From the NCBI GenBank assembly GCA_045837725.1, contig JBEWZL010000270.1, positions 186,001 through 250,000 of the forward strand: a stretch of 64,000 nt of DNA, written 5' to 3'. This document shows positions 49,447 to 62,735 of the stretch, one piece after another (the stretch's first letter is position 1; each line of letters opens with the position of its first letter). Source of the stretch: Vermamoeba vermiformis (lineage: Eukaryota). The translations under genes and the position numbers were made by a program. The notes under the pieces are model-generated. The model saw only the letters and a program-made list of their open reading frames with translations, was not told the origin of the DNA and made no database searches.

Positions 49447-51814
49447 TTAATTTCCCCACGTGGAAGGGCTGAACTTGCCAGGGTTGATACCGAACACCGT
49501 GGTCAATACTTCAATAACACCTGAGTAAGTTAAGAACAAACCAATCAGCACACCAAAGACGCAGATAAGAACGTCCATAATCTTTTGAAGTCCCGAATAC
49601 GAATTCTTCTCGTCATCAGAAGCGAACTTTTTGAAAAATGCACGGCGCATCAAAGGCGGCAAAATGAAGGCTTGGATCGACAGCGACAAACCAGAAATCA
49701 AATCAATGACACTCTAAAAGACAATTTTGTTAGAATTATATGATAATATAAGTAATCGTATTGAATTTAAAATACCTGGAACGAATCGGTCAAAGCGAAC
49801 GAAATGCCCATGACCGCGCTAACGAGAATAGTTCTGAAAACAATTCTCGGAATTGCGTCACGCTTAATTTTGAGCTTGCTCAGCAACGATTCTTCAATGA
49901 TTTCACGAGCAGGTACGATAACGACCAAGAACGTGAAGAACAGATCCACGACCAACGCAACACGAGCAATTGATGCAAAGGTGCCCATTGGAATATTCTA
50001 ATAAAAGTGATGTTAGACCGATATAAGATTACATGTTTAAGCCTCGAAGCACCAGATCCATGCACGTTTTAAAAAAAGCGATAACGAAGATCCCGTAATC
50101 TCTTAGAATTAACACTTACGTTAATAATAATGCCTTGAGTCTCACTGCCCCACAACATATAGCTCAATGTAGCCAAGACCAAGTTGAGAATAGTAATCAG
50201 AGTGAAACTGATGTTCACTGCTTTGCCGAACTGCTGCCTGTTCTGCATCGATTGTTCGATCGGCACAGCCTACAATACAATTAATACACTATTATCCCAT
50301 ATATGGGTCACACTTACAATAATATGAATGGCAAATAAGAAGAAAGCAGGGCCAAAGAATTGTGGGAAACTGGGTCTGATTGGTGGGTACGCCTCGGGAT
50401 CGAACGGGCTGTGCAAGTCATGCACACGAGTTGAAAATCCGTAGTAGAGTAGTGCAATAACTGCAATGACTACTGCAAGATCGCCCAAAATGGAAGTGTA
50501 CGCTAAATACCTGCAAAGACAAAATTAGCCAAGGTTGATACGCGAGAAAGTTTAACTCGCTTATAATAATATTGATACTATTAAGCCTTAGTATTATAGA
50601 TACTACGTACTTGAATGATCTAAGCCAAGACAAGAAAATCAAAGGCACTGCTAAGATTAAAATCCACCAGCGGCTGCCGATCGCATCCCAGACAGAGATC
50701 AACATTTGAGAGCTAACAAGAACATTAGGATCATTAAATATATCTACTAATAATATCATTGTTCGTACCAGAACACCAAATAAGCCGAGCATGCGCCAAT
50801 AGACAAAATAACGATTGAAATGTACATCAGAGTTCCCATTGTTGAGCCAAGCAACTCACTAACAATATCGACGTAACTAACTGACTTTCTGTCATTGAAT
50901 TTCAGCTTGTTTTTGCAGAAGATAAGGATCTATAAATAGCAGCAAAGTTAGAAAAGGTAATACCGATCCTTTTCGAGAATTTTCGCGTAATCACGTAGTA
51001 GAATCTTTAATATAGATGGGCTATTACCTTAAGAGTATATGCGCACAAAAATCCTAAGAAAATCAAGCCAACAATACTGGCCCAAAGACCTCCTTTCAGA
51101 AATCCGGCTGGTAACGCGAAGGATCCAGCACCGACAGCAGCTTTCATTAAACTAACAATAGCGTGACCCATTCTATGACAAAAGTAATTAGAAATCACGC
51201 CTTAATAATGTAGGTGAAAAGTTGATCGAACTTGGAACGCAGCAACAAAGGCTAGTTTAAACTATAATCGCATCGATAAATATCTATAAATATACTTACG
51301 ATTGCTTGGTGGAATCGTGTGGTGCAGCACCTTTACCGCTTTCAAGCAGAGGCTGTTGTTCAGATCCAGCAGAACGAAAAGCGCGGTTGATACTACCAAC
51401 ACCACTTCCGTACCTGCACGCATATATAAGAATTTTAAGAGAAAAAATATTCGAAAAGGTGAGTAATAAAGGCTTGCTATTCTAGGATAGCAAAAATCTC
51501 TGGATCGCGTTAATTTCTAACGGCCACAGAATTTAAAAATAAAACCATTGGCTGAACTAATGTTAAATTGATGACGATAATTCTAAGGTCTGGTCTGCCT
51601 GATAATTACCAATTAATAAAGGCGTCGGCTTGATCTTCGCCGACATAATTGCGTTTCAATGGCAACGGCTCTGATCTGAAATTAATGGGGTCAATATTAC
51701 CATTTATGAGACTCCTTATGATAGTGTTTCATACCTGTATTCCGCGGGGTTGATCGCCAGAGTTGCTCCACGAGGAAGGGGCTCTGAACGGTATTGCTTT
51801 GAAAGATCATCCAT
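49447..51814 (-). CDS. Amino-acid transporter (AAAP/SLC36-38-like), probably vacuolar or lysosomal
   Basis: SLMKAAVGAGSFALP, PIEQSM, AFILPP and many TM exons. The reconstructed N-terminus MDDLSKQYRSEPLP..YRSEPLP..EQQPLL contains a dileucine motif. Confidence 0.88.
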
Positions 51815-52074
51815 TTACAGCCTTGTATGTGGATGATTTGTTTCGCCAACTGACATAAGCAACAAAAATAGGCCCTTGGTAATTTTTCGGCAGGAATTTT
51901 CTTTGATTCAGAAGATTCGGATCCAGGGAAGAAGCTTCTTTGGTCGTGCAGTTCTATACACTTAACAAGGTGAGAAATGAGCATACAATTCGTAGACTAG
52001 TTATGTCTCCTCTGCCGAACAGGACTGAAGCGACAGATCGGTAGTTCACAGTTGAATCTATTACTTTTGATAAA

Positions 52075-53760
52075 ATGGAAGTGAACAACACAAACACTGA
52101 TAATACAGCGCCTACAAATAAGAAGGATATCGCTAGATCCTTTCTGAAAGGCCACAAAGAGAGTGTCACCTGTTTGGATCTGATAGGTCATCGAGATCTT
52201 CTTTTGTCTGGCAGTGACGTAAGTAAATTCTCTATATTTTGTTGCCCTATATCTCTTCGTTATCGTACCACCATTGCAGCAACAAAAGCGGGAGATCTGC
52301 CCAACATATTAAAACAAAAAATCCTGTCTGTGCTCCAAAAAATTCTGAAAAATTAATTGTAGGATAATTCGGTTAGAATATGGGACTTGAACACGGGAAA
52401 AAGTATTAAAGCATTATTAGCATTTGATTCAGACGCGGTATGTTTGGAACATTATCTTCTCTCGTGTTTAAGCGTACCTAATGGGATGTCATTACCTTTA
52501 ATATAGCCTACTAGCATTACACATTCACATAAGGATGATAATAAGATCTATGTTAGCCATGGAACCAAGATCTCAACGTTTGATCTACGAAGGCCCGAAA
52601 TTTTATTAAAACAAGCTGAATCGACTTACAACTATTGCAAAGACGAAATTAATGATGTATGTTCTTATAGTATAGTATTTTAATATGTATTAACAATTTA
52701 TTCGCCAGATCCAATTGTTCTCTAACGATAAAGTTGATTATCTTATCTCCGCCGACGATTCAGGCACGATAAACTTTTATGATATGAAAGAAAATGTTCT
52801 TAAAGAGAGTGTCGGAACCATTAAAGGCCACACCAACGTAAGTTTTACCTCACGGATCCACCATATTCCAATATCAATAGGTATCTAACTTCCATCTTCT
52901 ATAATAGATCGTATCGACTATTAAACTTTTGCCGTCGGCTTCTCAAGGTAAGTATATAATATGTTATGTTCTGTGAAGACCTAAGGCGCACGCAGCTCGT
53001 GGATCTATCTGATGCAAAATGAATGTACTGCTAATCAGATTTACTTTTTAGTGCTTAGTGGAGGCCTAGATTGCAAAGTGATTCAATGGGACATTGAAAA
53101 ACGAAGAGCTGTTCACACGTATAACGTTAACGGTACGGACAGTGAGTGAAATCGTTACCCCGATCTAACCGCTGTTTTCTGCAGAGGTCGTAACGAAACA
53201 AGTTATCAATCCACCATATGTTCATAACTTGTCTATTACAAATGATGCGAAATACTTTGCTGCAGCGTTGGGCAATGGATCTGTTCCCGTCTATGATACG
53301 AGCAACTACGAACAATTAGGCCTTTTAGAAGACGCTCACTCAGTCGTAGTATCCCATGTGTAAGTCATATATAGCAATTAATCCTATATGATCGCTTCTG
53401 AACGAACCGGATCCGCTCCAACTACGACCCTTCAGATCCAGATTACTAACGTAATTAAATAGGCTGTTCTTAAACGATAGTCCACAATCACTCCTAACGG
53501 CAGGAAATGACGGATTAATCAAATTTTGGAAGCTTAAATACGAGCAAAAGAAGAATATTAAACCCGTGGCTAAAAATAGAAGGAAGAATAATAACAATAA
53601 TGAGGAAGAAGAGAAAGTTAACGACTTTGGTACGCTTAATTTAGTGATTAATCATAATTCGAAGATGAATACTGTCATTAGTAGCAATAACAATCAAAAC
53701 GAAAAAATATTCGTTGGAGATCTGTCCAATAATATTACTTGTTATTCAATAAACGGATAA
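52075..53760 (+). CDS. WD40-repeat protein, WDR53-like
   Basis: LKGHKESVTCL..SGSDDNSVRIWD, SGGLDCKVIQWD, INPPYVH, AGNDGLIKFW. Confidence 0.8.
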
Positions 53761-53849
53761 ATTCGCTTCATCATACCAAATTTTATATTAATTCGCGTTT
53801 TTATTGGTTGTTTACTATTTACAAATTATTTTAGTATGTTGTGTAGTCC

Positions 53850-54944
53850 TTACTCGCTTTCCGCCTGAAATTAACTAGCGCCAATATAACAAATAGGCCT
53901 ATTTTAAGAAATCAGCATTAGTTTTAGTCATACATAATAGCTTTCGATCAAATATTCGATTTTAGTACGTACCTATAACAACTAAAATTCCTACTACAAA
54001 TTGCGCGACGCCAACTTGCCATAGAATGTATCCACCATGGTTTTTCTAAGTAATATTGTCAGTAATTATTACTGTAATTCGCGCTCCATAATATATGGTG
54101 CCTTAATTGTGTTTTTAGGACTGACTCGAAGCGAGAAAACTAGATCTCAAGAAAATCATTGCCTTTTATGGAATTTAGCAAACGGCATGAAAATTAAACG
54201 CTACGTAACACTGTTATGCTATTAAGGATTTTGTTCTAAGGGATTTAATAGAAAATTGGAAGGTACTTACACAAAGGTCGCCGATCGGCCCAAACAAGGA
54301 CGCACCTCCAAACACTTCCCATGCCATCATAAACAACGTGTTTATAGACACCAGAATAACGATGCTCATGAGGCCAAAACTAAGGAAAGAAAAAAGTATT
54401 AGTTACAGATCCAACACGTCAAATCAATTTGACGCTAAAAGCGAAACTACGCGATACCGGCATTAAATATTATGTAAATTTGACGAAAAGAGGGCAATTA
54501 GTTATTTTCGTGCTTTAGAAATGTCTTGGGATATTTGACTTTGCAACACGAAGCATTTTGAAACAGTTTACCAAAATAAATCATAATAATAACAAAATAA
54601 TTATATATTCGCTATTAGACGATTCGTCAAGCCAATGTGATTCATATTTAGCGAGTAGAAATATTTTTAAAATTATTTTTTTATGTTGTTTACCTTGTAG
54701 GAATGCAGAATAAACACGGGAGTGAAATTAGACCCGAACCTAGTGCTATCATTGAATTGACCATAATCCACATATTTAAAGTGTTATCGATCCGTCCTTC
54801 TTCCTGATCTTTCAATTCTGATCCACATTCGTCGTAATGCTTAGCAGCAATAAACAATCCAGTGCCATATAATGGCAGATATATCAATATAAATAATACT
54901 AGCCATAGAATTAAGGCTATTGTTCTCTTCCTTGCTGGACTCAT
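53850..54944 (-). CDS. Small multi-TM hypothetical protein
   Basis: Hydrophobic exons (IALILWLVLFILIYLPLYG; WIMVNSMIAL; GLMSIVILVSINTLF) with GT-AG junctions. Confidence 0.5.
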
Positions 54945-55286
54945 TCACGCAATTAAACAAAATAAATTCTGCTACGAACGAGATGAATTCTTGCTAGTTT
55001 CTGCAATGGGAGCTTGCTGAATGCATAGTAAATAACTGTAATTGTTATCCGCCTTTCCTTACTACGGAAAATTAGCTCGTTTTTCACATGTATTTGTACC
55101 AGAACTTGGCCTCGCCCAATTAAACGAATAAACCCATCTTATAATTGATTTATATGAGTGATAGCACCAGGATAGAAACTCCACTAGCTTACCTATGAGC
55201 GCCGGTTAAATTTTACGTCGGCTTTTTGCTGATCAATTTTCTTCTAACGTTTTCTTGTGTAGCCACTATAGTCGATTACTATTCAT

Positions 55287-56705
55287 GTGATAATAGATGA
55301 ACACAATGGCTTTTTAGTCGACATTAACATGGAAGACGCAGTGGAATTATGGCCGTCCTCGATCGGTACTTCAAAGTCTAAAAAATTGATCGTATTTATT
55401 GGTTTAATTATACCTTTCTTTCTCTTCATAATATCGAGGACAGATTTGTTGGGAAGGATCACACGGAGCACAGATCAAACTTTTTGTTTCAAAGCTTCTA
55501 AAGATCAAGTTATTCTGGATCCGTTTTTTAGATTGGAAAATAATGGATGTAGGTCTACTATTATGGAGCCTTCCTTTGTTGACGAAATGATAATGAACAA
55601 ACGCTGCGATTCCGATCCACTTAACTTTTTTCTGCTGTGGTCAACAGGTCGCAACCAATGGAAGCTAAAGCATTATAGAGTAATTGATAGTATATTTACG
55701 TACCATCCTAATGCTAGAGTATACTTAATAACCAAGTTTATGTCTGCAACGGACTTCGCATTCTATTCAGAACGTTATGATTTGGTCCACGTTGTTATGG
55801 ACCCCAAAAAAATATTTGAAAATACTCCGCTAGAGCGGTGGCTAAAAGAAACGCCAAATTTCAAAGAGCACCAATACTTTTTCAGCCATCTAACGGATGC
55901 GATACGACTAGCTCTTCTATGGAAATATGGTGGCGTATATATGGACACCGACGCGATTTTAATAAGAAATATCGATAAAGTACGCAATGCAGTTGGTCGA
56001 CAGCACCCTTCAGAAATTGCATCTGGAAACGAGTTTAACGGTAAGCATCACTTCAATAGGAATCATCAATACTTAACTAGAACCTTAACTTTTCTTGTGG
56101 CCATATGCGGCAACGACCTAACGTTTGATACTATTAGGAGCTGTCATGGTGTTCGATCGCATGCATCCATTCTTGTACTACGCAATGCACCGCTTGATTT
56201 CAACCTACGATCCTGATAGATGGGATACAGCTGGTCCCGACGTCATTACTAGCTGCGTTAACGGCTGGAGTGCGTTGCATCCTTTCATGTTGCGTTGGAT
56301 TCCGCGACACGAAGTTGGTACGTTCACATCACGCTCCCTAATCATAATTATTATATCATTATTAATATTTCGAATAAAGGCACCATAGAGCTTCCAAACG
56401 AACCCGTTGGCTCGCCATTTGTAACGGTCTTTATGGATCAGTACGCGTTCTATCCGGTGTCTTGGTGGAACACTTCAGATCGGGTTGATATGAATCCAAC
56501 TCACCCCGAACTGCCTCAGTATAAGATAGATGTCGATAAAAGAACATACGTCTATCACTACTTTAATCAAATGATTAGAAATGATCAACTTGCGCAAGGC
56601 AGGTACTTGTTTGAGCTATTGCAAAGAGCTTGCTTGTTCGAATGCAGCTACACCAACCTTGAAATGGGGGTTATACATATCATTGATAAAAAGGCGTGTG
56701 CGTAA
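55287..56705 (+). CDS. Alpha-1,4-glycosyltransferase family (GT32, DXD) type II membrane protein
   Basis: N-terminal TM; SHLTDAIRLALLWKYGGVYMDTD; WDTAGPDVIT; AFYPVSW. The start may be ATG 55329. Confidence 0.88.
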
Positions 56706-58427
56706 TAGGCTTTGTCGTGCATTGAAGAAGAACCATTCGGGATCTATTACTTGCTCATTATCGTAAAACGCCAACAAAGAGCTAGCTGAAGTGAGGATGG
56801 TGTGTCAATAATGCACTCGTGAGACTCAATATTGTCGATCATTTGTGATATTGTCGATGAGCTGCATATGTCTATAACAATCAATAAAATGATCTGCGGA
56901 TCCATACTTCCACGAGGCTCGATGCTACCAGTAATTCATCTATTGCTGAGTATTGCACTCTCATTAGACTACAGTGAGTCCCCTGTCATATTTATAGCGG
57001 TCGCATAACTCTTGCTTTCAATTCTTGTGAGAATAGTCTATCAAAAGCTACCGATTTATTGTGCAATCGGCAACGTGTAACTATCTACAATTCACTATGG
57101 CAACTGTCTCTCATATTACTTCGTGCTAAGCTCGTCAAGGCTATGTGCACGTATAATAATTGGTCCTCTTAAACGCTTTGACCAGGCATTGTCAGGAGGT
57201 GATTGCGCAATGAACGGCTGAACACTGCAGCGGCAATCTATAGGCAAAACAATGCGCGTCAATATTGCATATAATATGTCCTATTAAAAAACAAACTTTG
57301 AAAGTGTGTTTGAGCAAAGGCACAACACTAACAACGTTGCGAAAAAAATTGAAAAATTGGGCGCGAACTAGTCACACGACGTGGTGCGCGTTCATATTGA
57401 GGGTTATTAGCTCGTACCTTGATAACTACTTCCAAAGCGGTCAATACTATAGCGAAAACGTTCAACCAGCCAATGTTAATGCTAAGAAGCTCGATCAACA
57501 GCACGAACAAATCTGCAACAGGAGAAACAATGGCAAGCCAAAAGAACTGTTTTCGCGACATGAACAATTATTACCAAGCTATAGCAAAGCATTAAATGTA
57601 CTCACGATATGGAGCGCCCCCGGTCTCATTAAATCTTGGCCGTAGTAACCCAAGAAGGCCAAGACGAAATCGCTCGTGGAAGTCGTTGTAGCAGTCATCA
57701 TAAAGTGGATAATATTGATAAACTACGTAAAGATTAGAAATATGGGTCATACAGAAGGTGCGAGTTACCGTATCCGCACAAACAATTTTCAAAATTCCAA
57801 AATTATTATTATAATGGTCATAATAATACCAATAATCCTCCAAGTGCCATACGAAGTCGTCCTGCTAACACCCGAGAGATTAGCGACGGGGTTGTCGTAG
57901 GTTGCGCGGGATCGTACAAGCCTCCCCCTCAGCGCCACGCTCTATAAAGAACGGTAATTGTTAATTTTTTTGTTCATTCGGGTCCATAAATCAGCAATAA
58001 AATCCACAAAGTAATAAAGCTGCGATAAAGATACTATTGCAACGACGATGTGGATTCGCCACGTCCAAAACGAAGAAATTTACCAGTATTGATAGATTGA
58101 TCGGCCATTATTGTTTTGCGATAATGTCGAGTAAAAAGCTGCCAAAGCTTCCCTCGTACTTGCGAATTTTCTCAAACTGGTGCCCTGAAATTTCGTCCTA
58201 AACATTTTCCGAAGAAAAGTCTCGCAAAATCGCCCAAAGAACACACAAGGAAACTGAGAAAAAGAGCAGACAAACGGAAAACAGGGAATATTTATGGCAA
58301 AATTCTGGTCCTCGTTTTCAATTCGCCTCCTAGGAACACTAAACCACAGCTACTTATATTCACCAAGTCATTTTGACTCAATACATTTCACACTTCGGTC
58401 AGATTACATAATCAACACAACCAATAC

Positions 58428-59716
58428 AATGATGATGAATGTTAACAACACTTTTGGTGATGATGGAAAGTTTTCCAACGGGCCGTCAACCGGCACCGTT
58501 AACAACAAACAATTCTCTCAGCTCATGACCGAGATGCGATCAATGCGTATGTAATCCACGACACCACAAAATATCTTGTTCAAAATTTTTATAATTCCAT
58601 CAATAACATATTACAATAATTTATTTTACGTAGTTGCACGTGTTACCAAATTATTACTAAGCAAAATTCTGTCCATCTTCTCAAGAAATTTTCGCACGAA
58701 TTAACCGTTAATTTTATAAGAATACAAGGACTAATAATAATTTTTCGTTATTACAGCCAGTTTTATCGAACCTAAACGAGTCAACACCACAAACAACTTC
58801 AACATGACCGCTGTTGCTCAACAAATTCTCTTGCCCGACGCACGTGGCTTTACTCCCCTCATCTACGCTTGCTCCAATGGTGCTTACGAAACTGTATCTA
58901 CTTTATTGAACCTCATTGCTCCTCATGGATCTTGGTTTAACGCCTCCCTCAACTTCCGTGACCCCAAGCAAGGTACGTTTCAAGATTGAGCTCAGATCGC
59001 TATTTTTGCGAAATTTATGTTAATTTGAATTTCTGACCGTTTTCTCAAGAGCAAATACTGATTTCATTTAATTAATAGGCAAGACTCCTCTTCACTTTGC
59101 AGTCGAAAACAACCACAACGAAATTGCAAAGATTTTGATCGAACAAGGAGCTAATCTGAACTTGCCTGACTTCACCGGCAAGCAAGCCTTGCACTTTGCA
59201 GTTTTGGGTGGCAACGTTGAACTCGTGGAATTCATTTTACAACACGGAGGCAATGTTAACGCTCAAGACGTCGACGGATTAACTCCCATTCACTACGCTG
59301 CTACCACTGGCAACGTCTCCGTCTTGGTCTTGTTGGTCCGTTTTGGTGCTTTTATCAACACTCAAGACCACCAAGGCGAGACTGCTCTCTTCTATGCTGT
59401 TCGTGAAGGCCAGATCAACGCTCTCAAGTTGCTTTTGCAAGCTGGTGCTAATCCGGCTTTGCAAAATGAAGACGAAGAGACCGTTGTTGAATTGTGCCAA
59501 GAACTCAACGACCAATCTTTGTTGGCTGTCTTCAATGGCGCCGTCGGTCACTCCAACGCTCAACATCGACAATTCGAGATCTTCCAAACTGTTAATACTT
59601 GCGAATCCGGAAAGATCCAATCGAGCGAGTTTGATGGTTGCGCTATGGACTGCGACGCTCCTTGCGCCAGTGCTAATTTCCTTCTCCCTGAACAACGTCC
59701 TTTGTCGTACGTTTGA
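58428..59716 (+). CDS. Ankyrin-repeat protein (canonical 33-aa repeats)
   Basis: GFTPLIYA, GKTPLHFA, GKQALHFA, GLTPIHYA, GETALFYA. Confidence 0.88.
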
Positions 59717-60244
59717 CATTTTGGTTTTAGTCAAATGGCGGGCATCGGAAATAGATCTTGGGTTAGGATATTCAATTAGCAAAAAACATATAAATAGTTC
59801 ACCGCCTGTAAATTTGTACAAAGAATATACTACCAGTATGAAATGTAAATTAAAACGAATAAAAAGAAGAAATTGAGAAAAACTCGAGTACGGCTTTATC
59901 GAACTTCATAATACGACAATACTCGAATATTGGAATTCGCGTTAACGCAGTAACGGAATATTGCCTTTAATGGCAAGTGTCACAATCCGGAACTTTCGTC
60001 CAGTTCTGGCTCGCGTAGATCGAGGCGCTGATGTTCGAACTTTCCCTAATTAGAGGTTAAACAATATCAATTATATCACTCCTTGTATGCTTTTGCATCC
60101 CTTTCGATCATTTTTGTTGTGTTTCGCCAGGGTTCGTTGGAAAGTGCTTAGCCTGGGCCGTTTTCAATTTTCGTCCTGTTGTTGTCTTTCGCGGCCATAA
60201 GTCTCGGTTAAATCGACGCTATTTATTAATACAGAAACACAAAT

Positions 60245-62593
60245 ATGAGTTCTACCATTCTGGAGACAGCACGATCTTCGCACGAGGACATCGAGCTCTT
60301 TGAACGCGCTGTGGTTCAATTAATGCTTGATGAGCCCAAAACGGTATGTAAAAATATAATATCGATTATTAACGGATAATAGAAGCCTTTACCATTCACT
60401 GGTGCTTTTCTATGATTTTTAGTGGATTTTGCATAATATTTTGAAATAATTAACCAAGCACCGTTTATAATAGCGCTATTCTTTAAAAATGAACACGCAT
60501 TAATTTATTATTTTTTCAATAGCATAAAGACAATATTATTCAAGCCCACAAAGTGAATCAGATTGTAGAAAAAATTGAAGATCGAACCAAAAAGCTTGTA
60601 GAGATCTATCAAGATATCGATGGGTATGTATTATTGCAATATTATATTTGAAATTGGATGGACGGAAACTGACTTGCAATAATTTTTTCTCAGCTCACGA
60701 AAGGATGAGATCGCAGCGATGGGAGCCAGCACTGGCCCCAATCTTTATTCTACATTTTATGATAGACTAAGAGAGCTCAAAGAATACCACAGACGGTTCC
60801 CCAACTTAGAACCTGACAGACCAGAAGCTGAAACAATTTTGAATTCATTTGGTGATGAACCTCCAGTTCAATTTTCTGGTGAAGAAGGTACGTATTGTTA
60901 TAAATATAGTATTATTCATAATGAACACGCACGGAATTATTTTACAGTTATTTTATGAATTTTTTAGAACGGATCTGACCTTTATTTTTAATTTTAGGCT
61001 ACGGTAAATATTTGGATTTGCACTCGTTATTCGTGCGATATATCAACTTGAAAGGAGTTAAACAAATCGATTATATGACGTTTTTGGATACCTTTTACAA
61101 GTTCAGCGATAAGAACGTGGCCAAGGATAGTGTTTACAGCAGCTATTTGAAGGATTTGCAAGAATATTTGATTTCATTTATTAAGAGGAGTCAGCCTTTG
61201 CTCGATATTAATAAGGTAATATATCAGCAATGTACCTAGAAGTTTCTAAGCATTTTTGGATCCGGCACTTTTACGCAGTTATACGAGCCTTAATATTCAT
61301 TATAAATGCAAGAACATGTACTAACGCACTATATTACACAGTTAACTCGTGAATACACCGAGGAGTTTATGAACCAATGGAGATCTGGTCAGTTTGTACC
61401 GATCGGCGAAGAGGAGGTTAAAAAGGCTAATGGACACGAGGACGGTGCCAACGGAGATCAAATGGACACTGAAAACGGCGGCGGCGATGCACACAAAGAA
61501 AATGGAGCGCAAGATAAGACAAATAACGACGCTAAAAATGAAGCAGATCCGCTGTTCTGCAAGTACTGCAAGAAGACTTTTGCTAAGGATACAGTCTTTA
61601 CGGCCCATTTGAAGGGCAAGAAGCACTTGGCTGCTGTTAAGAAACAAACAGGAAGCTTAGAAGAAGTATATAAGAGCGAAGTAATTATCAATCGATTGAG
61701 CGATCTGTTAGTCGATCAGATCGAGGCCACGAAACAACACATTGAAATTAAGCAAGGCTTGCGGCCTGAAGAGTTGGAGAACGAAAATGCTTTCGAAGAA
61801 GTAGAAGATGAGGATGAAGAGGAAGAAGAGGTAAAGATCCAAAATTCTTTTTTTTGTACGAGCAGATCTGACCAATTTTTTCTTCGTACAGGAGGTTCGA
61901 TTGACTAAGATGAACTACCCAGTTGGTTGGGACGGCCAGCCTATTCCTTATTGGTTGTATAAGCTCAACGGTTTGGGCAACGAATACAAGTGCGAGATCT
62001 GCGGTAACACTTCGTACTGGGGTCGACGTGCCTTCGAGAAACACTTCCAGGTAATAATAATCACAATAATACAATATAATACTGCCAGTTTATTATAAGA
62101 GATAGAGTTTTATCGGAAATTTGGAATTAATTACGGCTAGTTTTGATTTTATCGCAAACTCGCTGTTATTCATTTTATATGATTGGCTCTTATTCAATAA
62201 TTTCGAATACAAATAGTGCCTATATAGAGAGTTTATTTATTTATTACATTTTTGTTATATGGAGCGGATCTGACCCGCGCTTTTTTTGTACAGGAATGGC
62301 GCCATCAATACGGCTTGAAATGTTTGCGTCTTGAGAGCAATAAGGCTTTCAACGAAATCACTAGCATTCAAGACGCCATCGAGCTCGACAAGAAGTTGCG
62401 TGCTGATGTAAGTAGTCATTACGAATATAGATTTTATCGCGCCTTTGGTGCCATGAACAGATCTAAAACTTTTTTGTTGCAGAAAAAAACAGGTGTTTGG
62501 AATCCCGATGAAAATGAAGAATACGAAGATGCTGATGGAAACGTACTTAATAAGAAGACTTATCAGTTGTTGAAGATGCAAGGATTGGCTTAA
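60245..62593 (+). CDS. SF3A3: Splicing factor 3A subunit 3 (SF3a60/Prp9)
   Basis: [86 protein letters not shown]. Confidence 0.95.
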
Positions 62594-62735
62594 AAAGTCT
62601 AACCGGATCTGTTTCTCGATCAAGGTAATAATTAACAACAAAAAAATCTAATTGTACAATCTTACTAATAAATAAGGGTCATCCTATTTATAGGAATTTA
62701 ATCCGCATTTTTAAGAGTACAATTTGAACTCGCTG

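Noticed and set aside
51725-51920. U1/U11-like snRNA on + (CATACCTG, hairpins, Sm-like AATTTTTCGG plus 3' stem)
   Set aside because: CATACCTG is the reverse complement of a CAG|GTATG donor. Most of the region is the first coding exon of the transporter and splices in frame.
56710-58400. Short ORFs in the spacer between the glycosyltransferase and ankyrin genes
   Set aside because: No recognisable motifs or consistent splice pattern; treated as intergenic.
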